DNA of 63,532 nt, filler included, from Octopus bimaculoides (Eukaryota): NCBI RefSeq assembly GCF_001194135.2. It is 5 parts of 5 records of this genome, joined end to end, with 100 filler letters (N's around TTAATTAATTAA, not from the genome) between each part and the next. Parts side by side here need not be neighbours in the genome. Positions count along the whole stretch, not along the records: positions 47,705 to 55,036 come from NC_068997.1; positions 55,137 to 61,957 come from NW_026299964.1; positions 62,058 to 63,532 come from NC_068996.1; 2 more parts are not named here. The stretch is one strand, 5' to 3'. Both the position numbers and the translations under genes were made by a program. The number at the start of each line of letters is the position of its first letter. Position 1 is the stretch's first letter. This document shows positions 51,466-63,532 of the stretch, piece by piece. A model generated the notes under the pieces. It saw nothing but the letters and a program-made list of their open reading frames with translations, searched no databases and was not told where the DNA came from.

Positions 51466-53349
51466 GACTGAATGTAGCATCTACATTTCTTATTCCTTTC
51501 ACAATCCCTAATAGAATTGACATGAGCTCGTGTTCTCAACCTGTGATGGAGATTTTAAAAATATGCAACTAAATTTTAAGTTTTCTGTTCCAATTACGGT
51601 GGCATCTACCTTTGATTCTTACACTCAGAATTCGATAAAACATATAAAATATATATCTGCTTTTATTGTTGCTGATGTCATTGTTGTTGTTGTTGTGGTT
51701 GTTTCAGTCTCTGTAGCTGAATCGATGAGACCTATGTTCAAAAGAATTCCAATTAGCACAGTTCTGTTTTACTCTCTTAAATAAATAAATAAAAAAACTG
51801 CGGAGGTGTAATTTGAGAGAGATTTATCTGGTGTCTCTGGTTTATAAGACATCTGCAAATATGCTCCCACATTTGCACCAATATCTACTCGTTAGTATTG
51901 TTATTCCTGGGGTTTATCCCCGAGTAAGCCTTCATCGACAAGTTATATCCCCAAAATCATTCCAATGGTGGCAATCTCACCTTTTTGAATATATTTAAAC
52001 CCATTATCTCAAGTACTCATTGTTTTTAATGAAAAAGGGTACATTCTAGAGGTGACTTGGCTGATATTTCTAGCAAAGAGAGCGCTCCTTCCCCTGAACC
52101 ATCCTTGGTGGCTCATATATATGTAACAGTCATATAATAAGGATGATCAGTCGTTTGTACCATCTTACTCTATAAAATGTGTTGCTCTCGACTCGTCAAT
52201 ACAAAAATCTATAATATTGAGCTGGCCAATTTAGAGTTTGTGAGGGTTTTAAAAGAACACAAGAAAGCAAGAAAGGGGTGGATATCTCCACGGTGCAGTG
52301 GCCATTAAAATAAAGAACTACACACATTAAAATGCTTCAAACTGGATTGAAGTAGGGAAAATACGTGTGGGTTGATAGAAGCATGGAGGCGGGGAAAATA
52401 TTTCAGTGCAGTCAGCCGGCAAGTTATGACAAGCAATGTAATGTTTTATCAAACAGGAGGAAAAAAATTATTTCCCAAAAAGTACAATAAAAAAAAAGAT
52501 ACAGTTAGGCCTAATCGATTTGTTTAACCCAATCGTATTACGTCCTCTAGTATTGATTTATTGGTTAGTAGTTTTATCCTCTTGATTTTTTTTTATATGA
52601 TGTATGATATAATATAGTCGACTAAGTTGACCTCGGTGTATACATTTACTGAACCAGATTGTTGTACATTGACTAATTATTTTAACCTCTATGAGATGAA
52701 AAGATAAACATGAAACTGGCTCGGATTTGATCTCAAAAGCAGAAGGAACCATGCTGGATACTGTAAAAAACCATAAACAAAAACACATATAAAAAAACAA
52801 ATGGCCTTATTTTCCATCCGCTGCATAAAATCCAACATTACCAAACTGGCCACTAATAAACATTTTTATTCAATTATTTTTATCGACTGTAGATTCATGG
52901 GTGGCAAAGCCTACCCAGATGGGATATGAACTCGAAAAATATATGCGGCACCAAAGTGGATACTGCAAAGGCTTTATTGCGGCTATCATCCGTCTGTGGT
53001 AATACCCTTGCTTCTCATGAATGATAGAGTATTAAATCAAAAGGTAATACTTCTTTTCATTGAAGCAAACATGCCAAGAATGGTAGTTGTATTCGTACCC
53101 AGGTCAATGAAAAGAAAGATTTTACTCATAAGGAAGAAATCAATATGGAGAAATAAATTGCAAGAAATACGATTAACAGAATGCAGTTTCAGTTCTTGAG
53201 TGAAGCTATTTCAATTTCATTGAATGGCCCGTTGGACAAATGCAAGAGTACCGCTACGCTTTAAATTGAGAGCTCTCCACTAAATCACATTTTCAAACTT
53301 ACTGTCTTAAAATCTTAAGAATACATTGGGAACTACACANNNNNNNNNN

Positions 53350-53408
<59 letters not shown>

Positions 53409-53417
53409 TTAATATTT

Positions 53418-53752
53418 AGGGTAAAGACCCCGTTCGGTCAGGAATGACCATCGGTTTGTAAATGGAAAGTTCCTCTCTATGGTACAAGTCCGGGCAAGAT
53501 TGCTTATGGAAAGCCAGAAGTTACCCATGCACACCCGCTTTTCTTCTCCACGCCACCAATGTTACCCAAGGGAAAAACAAAGGGCGATACATCTTCGCAC
53601 CTGTTCTGTCGCAACTAATTTCTACAACTGAAAGAACTGGAGCAACGTGAAATAAAGTGTTTTGCTCGAGAACACAATACACAGCCCGGTCAGGGAATCA
53701 AAATCACTACCTCGTGATTGTGAGAACGACGCTCTAACTACCGAGTCATCAC
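53418..53752 (-). mobile_element. tRNA-derived SINE (V-domain-like family)
   Basis: Minus-strand head GACTCGGTAGTTAGAGCG..GATTCCCTGACC, TTGTGTTCTCGAGCAAAACACTTTATTTCAC; body shared with 58735-59055. Confidence 0.75.
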
Positions 53753-53794
53753 CTATCTCCTAATTTAATAACTAGCATAGTGTTTTTATATATT

Positions 53795-53831
<37 letters not shown>

Positions 53832-55136
53832 AAATAATAAATGAGTATATGCATATATACGTACAGGTATGTGCGTACCGACATCCACCTGTATGTATAG
53901 GTGCATATCTGGGTACAGGACATTGCAAACAAAACGTAGACGAGAAAACACACAAGCCACATAGAGAACATTCTACTTCATCAGCTACCCACGTTTTAAC
54001 ACCGGCGTTTCGAAGAGCTGGGCAGGACGCATCGTTAAAACGGCTCTTCCCATGGACCGCAAATTAAATTTGTATACACAAATTAAATCTTGCCATGGAG
54101 GAATGTAGTGGCGGACAAAAAACAAGACAGGAAAACAAACAGAAAAGGCTTTACGGCCAGACGAGAAAAATTATTTATATATATATATACACGCACGCAC
54201 GCCTTGATAGCTGCGTTTCTTTCTCCATGTTTTGATGTATACTGTGTATTTAAATACTGTATGTTTTTAAAGGGCACCCCCTTAGACCAAATACCGCATT
54301 TCCAAGCTTGACAGACTGTGGGAGATTCTTTTACGTTAAGAATGGAATGTTATTTCACGTAAATATCGGATGATGAGATATAAAAAGATGTACTGATATG
54401 CGTTAATCATTTTAAAATATATCTGTGTCAAGTAATGTGTTTGTTTTTCTGAATAATATAATTAATTTTATCTTAACTGAACTCCATACTGGACTGAAAA
54501 TGTAGATTTATGTCATTGATGATATCTTGAAGTTGGTTCAATTTGTTTATAGTTTTCCCCCATAAAATGTTACAATCGACAGCAAAACGTCTTCCAGTTT
54601 TTCTTCAGATATCAAATGAATTCACTTCCAAATATTTGTGAGGATTGTTCATAAATTTTTAATTCATAGTATCCCGTGACTAAGTTAGCATATGTCGGGG
54701 CAATTTTCGTTCCCATGCCCGTTTCAGACGGTAGGCTTTGTCACCGAACATAATATAGCTGTCTTTTAAATTTGAAGTCATCTACATTAAATTTTGCATC
54801 TATTCGTTCTAGTATATCATAAGAAAATTAGTCTAGACATTATTTTATTGACACACACACGCGCACGCAAAGACATACATACACACACACATATACTATA
54901 TCATAACACATTTATATACAGTGATCTATGCATAAATATTGCTTACGATGCACACACACTTATACAGACACACATATATGCATGTGTACATATATATATT
55001 ATATACACTTATATATATATATATGTATATATATATNNNNNNNNNNNNNNNNNNNNNNNNNNNNNNNNNNNNNNNNNNNNTTAATTAATTAANNNNNNNN
55101 NNNNNNNNNNNNNNNNNNNNNNNNNNNNNNNNNNNN

Positions 55137-56202
55137 AGGCGAGTCGCCCTTTGTTCCGGGCCCTCTGTAGCCCTGGAAGAAGCATCGTATGAAGCCATTT
55201 CGGCTAGGTGTACGCTGCGTTGTTGGAAACTTTCCGTAGCTCGGCATTCCGCTGAACGTAAGGCGCTCTGTGAAAGTCTAAAAGGAGTTTGGTCGGAGGA
55301 CTCGTTTGCTCTAATCGCCTGTAGCGCCAGTGCTGACGCGGTATGGCGACTTCTCTTTTTCGGTGGCATTTCATGTCCCAAAGAGAGGCTGAAATTTACT
55401 TGTACAGAGAAAATGTCTTGGAAAGTATGCGTAAAATTGAAGGAGGAATGGGTGATAAGAAACGGCAAATAAATAAATAAACTGACAGGTATTTGTATGT
55501 ATGTGTATATTTGTATGTATGTGTGTATGTGTGTATGTGTGTATGTGTGTATTTGTATGTATGTGTGTATTTGTATGTATGTATGAGTGTGTATTGTCTA
55601 TATATATATATGGTAGTAATTAAATGTGTTTTTTTTTTAATTAAAAAAAAACTCAGTTTGTAGAGAATAAATGTTTGTCGATCGTATTTGAAAAAGATGT
55701 GTCGCCATTTCTTTTGTTGTTGTTGTTATCTTGGTGAAGGACGATGTTAGAAATGGAAAGTAAACTTACAATTCCCGCCAATTAGAATGAGGTCATTGGT
55801 AACCATAGGTACGTATATATGTGTAGATATATGTGTGTATTTACGTATGATTGGTAGTGTGTCTGTTTGTTTCACTCTCGCTCTTTCTCCTTCGTTTCTT
55901 TCTGTCCTTTTTATTGGATCGTTCGTAAACGTTCATAAGAGAAAGTAGCAGTTCAAACGATTTGTAATAGGAGTAGAAAGAGTTAATTAGCTTGTATTAG
56001 AGGGGAAAATGGTTATGCATGTCGTTTTATGGATTTTTTTCGTAATTAGGAGTTATTTTGACCGAAAAATGATCCTGTGACCTAAGTTATGGTATTTAGA
56101 ATATTAATTCCGATTTTTTCATCCACTAAATTTGGAATTGTGGAAATGTATAAATTTTAAATATGCATACACACAGAGAAAACCGGCCTTTTATAGATAA
56201 GA
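55137..56202 (-). mobile_element. Helitron 5' portion with RepHel N-terminus (STPR-like repeats)
   Basis: The 5' end A|TCTTATCTATAAAAGGCCGG lies in (TA)n. The ORF from ATG 55369, MPPKKRSR..ANESSDQTPFRLSQSALRSAECR/ATESFQQRSVHLAEMASYDASSR/ATEGPEQRATR, has 23-aa periodicity and runs into a gap. Confidence 0.7.
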
Positions 56203-56210
56203 TATATATA

Positions 56211-56249
<39 letters not shown>

Positions 56250-56304
56250 ATAGAAATGGCAAGACAACAAAAGAATGAAAGAGACCTCGATATTNNNNNN
56301 NNNN

Positions 56305-56438
56305 GTGACCTAAGTTATGGTATTTAGAATATTAATTCCGATTTTTTCATCCACTAAATTTGGAATTGTGGAAATGTATAAATTTTAAATATGCATACAC
56401 ACAGAGAAAACCGGCCTTTTATAGATAAGATATATATA

Positions 56439-56477
<39 letters not shown>

Positions 56478-56522
56478 ATAGAAATGGCAAGACAACAAAA
56501 GAATGAAAGAGACCTCGATATT
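56305..56522. other. Exact duplicate of 56077-56294 across a 10-N gap (probable assembly overlap)
   Basis: Two 218-bp copies, including the same microsatellite length, flank the gap. Confidence 0.85.
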
Positions 56523-56524
56523 AT

Positions 56525-56976
56525 GTAGATAGAGGATGTTAGGGGTGGTGTGGTCACAGAAATTGTCTGACAACCATGACTGGGTTCTCCTGCGTGTGTG
56601 GCAGGGTGCGGGGTCTTGTTGCCAGAGATAGGGTCTTCCAGCAGCCACCCTTTTGACCCAGGGCAGCACTGCCTCCTCCAGGCACTTGATGTAGGCCTCC
56701 GTGTTAAGCCTGTGGCTTTGTGGGAAGATGAATGGAGGCATAATGTCGCCCTCACTAGTGATCACCCCAAACACCATAATGTTGACTGGATGTTCGATTT
56801 TTATCAGTCTCGGTGCATGTCCTCAGATTGATACCCAAACACTCTGAAATGTTTTTTTCTCACTGACGGTGCCCAACTGACCCTACTATACAGTATGGTC
56901 GGTAAACGCAAAAGCAAACAATGCGCATGCGCGAATTCAAAATATAAAATGGTGACAATTTATCTGTCGCACCTTG
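56525..56976 (-). mobile_element. Tc1/mariner DD37D (maT/Bmmar1-like) element, internally deleted and 3'-truncated
   Basis: 5' end TA|CAAGGTGCGACAGATAAATTGTCACC; transposase piece IMVFGVITSEGDIMPPFIF..WQQDPAPCHTRRRTQSWL. Confidence 0.85.
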
Positions 56977-57650
56977 TATGCATACACAAGCATTTTTAAG
57001 CACATATATTCCACCACATACATCCAAACAATTGCATACATACACATATATATATATAAAACTACACAAGCATACACACATCTAAACACAGATGTACATA
57101 CATATACATACATGCACAAGCATGTACACCCACTCATATAAATGTTTATACACGCTAAAAGGTATATATATATATATATATACATGCATACACTCACTAC
57201 ATGCACATATAAACATTTGCACAAACACATATATATACACATATACACACGCATATATTTTTTTCTATACATACATACATACATATACAAATACACACAG
57301 ACGAATATATACACATTCATACTCACGCATATAAAGATTTATAAATACATACATACCCGCGTTCGCGCCCGTACATATACACATACACACACAAACACAC
57401 GCGCACAAACATACACGCACACACACACACACACACACACATGTATACATGCACGCGCATATAAATATTTACACATGCATATATATACCAGCATATACAC
57501 CGAGACGTATACATATATACATACACACATACATAGACATATATACACATGTATCCACACATCTGTAAACACACAAATACACATTTACAAATAGGTACAT
57601 ACATACATACATACACACATACACACACACACACACACATATAAATATAC

Positions 57651-57762
57651 GAGCGTAGCTCGAAACGTCAAAGACTTTCCGTATTCCCGAGCGTCATACT
57701 AATATATACTTTTGTTATTTACACCACCTGTCCTCGTCTGTTGTTATTTTTTGTATATTCTC

Positions 57763-57764
<2 letters not shown>
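57651..57764 (+). mobile_element. Penelope-like repeat fragment, 5'-truncated
   Basis: Identical to 44765-44878 but lacks the CTGTTGA core. Confidence 0.75.
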
Positions 57765-57793
<29 letters not shown>

Positions 57794-58676
57794 CGCGTAC
57801 ATAGACATACATATACACATACACATATATATACACACATACATATACATACACATACACACGCATTTATTATTTGTATTATACATATACATACATATAT
57901 NNNNNNNNNNNNNNNNNNNNNNNNNNNNNNNNNNNNNNNNNNNNNNNNNNNNNNNNNNNNNNNNNNNNNNNNNNNNNNNNNNNNNNNNNNNNNNNNNNNN
58001 NNNNNNNNNNNNNNNNNNNNNNNNNNNNNNNNNNNNNNNNNNNNNNNNNNNNNNNNNNNNNNNNNNNNNNNNNNNNNNNNNNNNNNNNNNNNNNNNNNNN
58101 NNNNNNNNNNNNNNNNNNNNNNNNNNNNNNNNNNNNNNNNNNNNNNNNNNNNNNNNNNNNNNNNNNNNNNNNNNNNNNNNNNNNNNNNNNNNNNNNNNNN
58201 NNNNNNNNNNNNNNNNNNNNNNNNNNNNNNNNNNNNNNNNNNNNNNNNNNNNNNNNNNNNNNNNNNNNNNNNNNNNNNNNNNNNNNNNNNNNNNNNNNNN
58301 NNNNNNNNNNNNNNNNNNNNNNNNNNNNNNNNNNNNNNNNNNNNNNNNNNNNNNNNNNNNNNNNNNNNNNNNNNNNNNNNNNNNNNNNNNNNNNNNNNNN
58401 NNNNNNNNNNNNNNNNNNNNNNNNNNNNNNNNNNNNNNNNNNNNNNNNNNNNNNNNNNNNNNNNNNNNNNNNNNNNNNNNNNNNNNNNNNNNNNNNNNNN
58501 NNNNNNNNNNNNNNNNNNNNNNNNNNNNNNNNNNNNNNNNNNNNNNNNNNNNNNNNNNNNNNNNNNNNNNNNNNNNNNNNNNNNNNNNNNNNNNNNNNNN
58601 NNNNNNNNNNNNNNNNNNNNNNNNNNNNNNNNNNNNNNNNNNNNNNNNNNNNNNNNNNNNNNNNNNNNNNNNNNNT

Positions 58677-59190
58677 GTCTAGGTGCAATCCCACGGTCAT
58701 TCACGACCGAAAGAAGTCTTTATGCATATTCACAGCTCGGTGGTTACAGCATCGAGCTCACAGTCATGAGGTAGTGAGTTCGATTCCCGGACCGGCCTGT
58801 GTCTTGTGTCTTTCTTTTCTCACGTTGCTCCATTTCACTCAGCTGTAGAAATGAGTTGCGACGTCACTGGTGCCAGGCTGTATCGGCCCCTTTGCCTTTT
58901 TCTTGGATGACATCGGTGGCAAGGAGAAGTGGAGGCTGGTATGCATGAGCGACTGCTGGTCTTCCACGAACAACATTGCCCGGACTTGTGCCTCGGAAGG
59001 GAACTGTCTAGGTGCAATCCCACGGTCTTCCATGACCAAAGGAAATCTTTACCCCTTACCCGATGTACATATAATGGCATGGTGATGGGACACTGGTATG
59101 CATTGGTCACTGCTGGTCTTCCATAAACAACCTTGCCCGGACTTGTTCCTCTGAAGGGCGGCTCCTTCCCCTGTCGAACGTATGTGTATA
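58677..59190 (+). mobile_element. Tandem V-domain-like SINE copies (tail, full copy, partial repeat)
   Basis: Tail TCTAGGTGCAATCCCACGGTC at about 58678 and 59008; head GCTCGGTGGTTACAGCA..GAGTTCGATTCCCGG; repeated CTGCTGGTCTTCCA..TTGCCCGGACTTGT. Confidence 0.75.
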
Positions 59191-59408
59191 CATTTGCTCT
59201 CTTGCTGCAGCACAAGGAGTATTTGACTCCTATTTCTAGCAATGTAGTTGTCTCAGTGCCCTTAGTCACATTTAGTGACGATCGAATTATCCTTTACGTA
59301 TGTATGTATGTATGTATGTATGTATACACGCATGTATGCATATATGTATACATGCATATATGTATGTATGTACACATAAGTCTGTCTGTATGTATGTATG
59401 TATGTATG

Positions 59409-60015
59409 TGTGAAACCTGGACTGTTTACCGTGAGGACATGAAGAAACTAGAACGCTTCCATCAATCCAAACTTCGCTCTATCCTGAACATCAACTGGAA
59501 AGATCGCATCACCAACAACTCTGTGCTTGAAAGATCAGGTCTCCTGAGCATCGAAGCCTTGATCAATAAACGTCGTCTCCGATGGTCAGGTCACGTCCGT
59601 CGGATGAATGAACATCGCCTTCCCAAGATCTGTCTCTACGGTGAACTGTCTGAAGGAAAACGTTCTCGTGGAGCCCCCTTGAGGCGGTACAAGGACCAAC
59701 TCAAATCAACCTTCAAAAGCACCAACATCGACCCCGCACACTGGGAGGATATCTCGGCAAACAGACCCCTCTGGAGACACACCATCAAAACGGGTTCAGC
59801 GGACTTCGAGAAAGCCCGAGTCGCAAGAGTCGAACTCGAGAGACAGGAGAGAAAGCAGCGCCTTCTCCTTCCCAAACCAGCCCCTTCTATCCCTTGTCCG
59901 CAATGTCCCCGTATGTTTCATGCAGCCCTTGGATTGTGGAGCCATCTGCGGTTCAAACACCCAGGAAAATGAACTGCATTGCAAGCTCGGAAACACGAGA
60001 CGCAGCCAACTACTA
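59409..60015 (+). mobile_element. RTE-BovB-like LINE 3' fragment with uninterrupted ORF and C-terminal C2H2 finger
   Basis: CETWTVYR..LERFHQSKLRSIL..RRLRWSGHVRRM..RLPKICLYGEL..RYKDQLK..CPQCPRMFHAALGLWSHLRFKH, open to the stop at 59972. Confidence 0.92.
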
Positions 60016-60022
60016 TATATAC

Positions 60023-60054
<32 letters not shown>

Positions 60055-60094
60055 TGTATGTATGTATGTATGTATGTATGTATGTATGTATGCA

Positions 60095-60265
60095 GCTGGC
60101 TTCCTTACAGTTTCCGTCTATCACATTCACTCAGAAGGCACCGATCGGTCCACGGCTATAACAGATGGCAGTTACACAATTACCGAAAGTAGCGCAGTGT
60201 GGTCTTGAACCCGGAACCACAGGACGACAAAACAAAGCTCCCTAACCACTCATCCACGACTGCCC
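60095..60265 (-). mobile_element. Diverged CORE-like SINE 5' half
   Basis: GTTTCCGTCTATCACATTCACTC and TTGAACCCGGAACCAC are reverse complements of family motifs. Confidence 0.6.
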
Positions 60266-61888
60266 CGTTTGATCATAAATCTATACAATCGGCATTGAGC
60301 TGGGGTTAAACAAGAACAAGCAACATAATTATCGATCTTTCGGTGTATCGATTAATAAGCTGGTTGGCTAAATCGCTTCCAATAAGAACATGGCGTCCTC
60401 TTCATAACAAACTCTCTAGTTCCGGTTTTACACGTTTGCAAATTTTCAGTGGTTCTTCTGCTGACAATGTCGTCGGTTCAACGGAGGACGTGTCTTCGTT
60501 ATTTTCGCAGCAGATACGTTTTTGGCATTTGCACTCATTGATTGGGTTCGATTTACTGATCATCACCATCATCATCATCATCGTCCGTCATCGTCCGTCA
60601 TCATCACCATCATCATCATCATCATCGTCATCAGAAGCAGCGACGGCAGCAGCGCGGGTGGGTAGCAGTTAAGCAGCTGTCGTTGCCAACATCGTCGTCG
60701 TCGTCATCATCATCATCACCACCATCCTCAATATCATCATCATCGTCGTCGTCGCTAACATTTTTGTAATCATCGTCATCATCATTAGCTCACTGCGAGA
60801 AAACGGGATTTAAAAAAAAGGAGGAGGNNNNNNNNNNNNNNNNNNNNNNNNNNNNNNNNNNNNNNNNNNNNNNNNNNNNNNNNNNNNNNNNNNNNNNNNN
60901 NNNNNNNNNNNNNNNNNNNNNNNNNNNNNNNNNNNNNNNNNNNNNNNNNNNNNNNNNNNNNNNNNNNNNNNNNNNNNNNNNNNNNNNNNNNNNNNNNNNN
61001 NNNNNNNNNNNNNNNNNNNNNNNNNNNNNNNNNNNNNNNNNNNNNNNNNNNNNNNNNNNNNNNNNNNNNNNNNNNNNNNNNNNNNNNNNNNNNNNNNNNN
61101 NNNNNNNNNNNNNNNNNNNNNNNNNNNNNNNNNNNNNNNNNNNNNNNNNNNNNNNNNNNNNNNNNNNNNNNNNNNNNNNNNNNNNNNNNNNNNNNNNNNN
61201 NNNNNNNNNNNNNNNNNNNNNNNNNNNNNNNNNNNNNNNNNNNNNNNNNNNNNNNNNNNNNNNNNNNNNNNNNNNNNNNNNNNNNNNNNNNNNNNNNNNN
61301 NNNNNNNNNNNNNNNNNNNNNNNNNNNNNAGAGGAGGTAGGAGAGGAGGTAGGAGAGGAGGTAGAAGAGGAGGAGGAAGAAGGAAGGAGGTAGATGATGA
61401 TGATGACAATGATGACGAGTACGACGACAAGTACACTATTTCCGTCCAAAGTCCTCGCCGGGGGGAGGGGCCGGGGTCTCCCTCAGATCAACCTACGCTG
61501 ATCCGAACTGTGTGCGAGCAATTTAACCCAGGTCTTATAACGACTTCACCCAACCATAACGAAACGCTTCGTATATTTGTCGATTATCTTCTAATTATCT
61601 AATTACTCTGCTCGCAGACTGTGTAAGCAGTTTAATGAACCAAGGAACCTGCCGTGTCGTGTTCAAGGACACACAAAGGGGGTCGGGTTTAGTACACCTT
61701 TTCTTTTCCTTTTCCTTTCAGATTTTGTTTGTGTCCTGCTCTCGGTTTGGCAACCAGCTAAATGGAGGTCAACCGCAGGAGCCTGTCGTGTTTACTTCAA
61801 GCTCAGGCGACTGGGTCAACATAATAGCGTTGTAAATATGTATATTTGTGTGTATGTGTGTGTGTATGCATGTGTATTTATATGTATA

Positions 61889-61957
<69 letters not shown>

Positions 61958-62075
61958 NNNNNNNNNNNNNNNNNNNNNNNNNNNNNNNNNNNNNNNNNNN
62001 NTTAATTAATTAANNNNNNNNNNNNNNNNNNNNNNNNNNNNNNNNNNNNNNNNNNNNATATATATATATATATAT

Positions 62076-62117
<42 letters not shown>

Positions 62118-62122
62118 TATAT

Positions 62123-62275
62123 AAACGACAGGAGTCTTTCAGTTTTCTTCTATCGGATCTACTCAGAAAACTCGAGGCTATGGCAGACTGTCACCGAAGG
62201 TGCCATGCAATGGGTCTGAACCCGGAATCATATGGCTGGGAAGCAAACTGCTTACCATATAGCCCACACCTGCGA
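62123..62275 (-). mobile_element. CORE-like SINE 5' half
   Basis: Reverse complement GGCTATATGGTAAGCAGTTTGCTTCCCAGCC..CCGGGTTCAGACCC..GGCACCTTCGG. Confidence 0.7.
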
Positions 62276-62354
62276 CTATATATACATACATATATATGTA
62301 TGTGTATTTGCATATTTGCACACACACATGTACACATACATATATATATACACA

Positions 62355-62355
<1 letters not shown>

Positions 62356-62408
<53 letters not shown>

Positions 62409-62423
62409 CCCATCCATCTATCC

Positions 62424-62478
<55 letters not shown>

Positions 62479-62492
62479 CATCTATCTATCTA
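62356..62492. repeat. (TATC)n tetranucleotide microsatellite
   Basis: Near-perfect TATC array with TCCA interruptions. Confidence 0.95.
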
Positions 62493-63134
62493 AATATCTG
62501 TTTGTCTGTCTGTACATATGTGTGAGTGTGTGTGAGTATGAGTGTGTGTGCGCGTGTGTGTGTGCATATACACGTCTTACATTATAAACGATACTCCTGA
62601 AAGCTCCTCCAGGAGGCTTTGGAATTATGACGTTTTTGTTGTTTTCTTTGTTTTTTTAGGGGTTTTTGTAGTAGTAGTAGTAGTAACAGCGGCAGCAGTT
62701 GTAGCAGCTGCATTTGTGGTGGTGGTGGTGATGGTGATAGTAGTAGTAGTAGTAGCAGCAGCAGCACGATTTGCTATCGTTGTGGTCGTCATCGTTAGCC
62801 GTCGTCATCGTTACCGTCGTCATCATCTCCTTCAGCAGCATCTGCGAAAGACTTTCAAAACAGCATTGAAGTCGTCTCCACGTTTGAAACGTTAATGCGA
62901 CTACGATTGCCAGGCACTGCACGTACGTACAGCAGGCATACATTTTCAAACAAACCTTATCTCACCTACTCTATACAAATAGACTGGCCCAAATACTTAG
63001 CCACGCCCACATCCTTTTGACATCGCCTATTCCTTTTGCCCGGTGGTAGGGGAATTTAAATGATCGTTATTTCCAGCCTATCCTTTAGGCTCCGCCTTTT
63101 TTGTAGAAGGTTTATAGAGATGATATGCTTCTGT

Positions 63135-63335
63135 TATACCTTGGCTGAATAGTTAAGCGTTTAGCATTGACATTACGAGGTTTGGGGTTCGATTTCAGCC
63201 TGTGTTGTCTTTATTTGTCATGTATACAATAGTCGTCCGTGTATAAAACTGCCGTCCGTGTTTACCAAAGTTACGTGTGTGAAATTAGTGCAGACGGATT
63301 AAAGTACACTATGTAGCAATCCTTAAATAAACATC
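63135..63335 (+). mobile_element. Possible old tRNA-derived SINE
   Basis: TGGCTGAATAGTTAAGCG (A box-like) and GGGTTCGATTTC (B box-like). Confidence 0.4.
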
Positions 63336-63365
63336 CGTAATGTATAACTATACGTGTGTGCGTGC

Positions 63366-63402
<37 letters not shown>

Positions 63403-63428
63403 CATGTATGCATGTATGTATGTAAGTA

Positions 63429-63499
<71 letters not shown>

Positions 63500-63532
63500 G
63501 TGTAGTAAGAGACTTGCTTTCCAACTACATGG

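Noticed and set aside
53993-54050. Interleaved inverted repeats (CGTTTTAAC/GTTAAAACG and GAAGAGC/GCTCTTC) suggesting a pseudoknot or HDV-like ribozyme
   Set aside because: Loop geometry is incompatible with an H-type knot, P3, P1.1 and J4/2 of the HDV fold are missing on both strands, and such short stems are plausible by chance in 63 kb.
56077-56522. 218-bp direct repeat that looks like two Helitron 5' ends
   Set aside because: An exact copy either side of a 10-N gap is the typical unmerged contig overlap.

Overview
Eukaryotic, AT-rich, microsatellite-dense draft-assembly sequence with many N gaps and four artificial 100-nt scaffold linkers. The repeat families resemble those I recall from octopus/cephalopod genomes; this is an inference and was not verified. 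I found no host protein-coding gene I can name, and most listed ORFs are microsatellite or gap artefacts. The window is a graveyard of transposable elements: a decayed CsRn1-like Ty3/Gypsy element (gag-PR-RT-RH-IN, 8.4-11.9 kb); RTE, RTE-BovB-like and CR1-like LINE fragments; Helitron pieces (helicase C-terminus with CTAG 3' end, and a 5' end with STPR-like repeats); mariner, maT and Tigger remnants; piggyBac-, Tc1- and Sola-like MITEs; Penelope-type repeats with minimal hammerhead ribozyme folds; and several tRNA-derived SINE families. The observations most worth follow-up are (i) head-to-tail SINE arrays whose spacers are re-used target-site duplications, (ii) a hammerhead variant with a CUGUUGA core in an apparently young repeat, and (iii) a shift from CpG-decayed to CpG-retaining sequence near 20-22.6 kb that may mark an unrecognised gene body. 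I cannot support a wholly new biological system from sequence alone.
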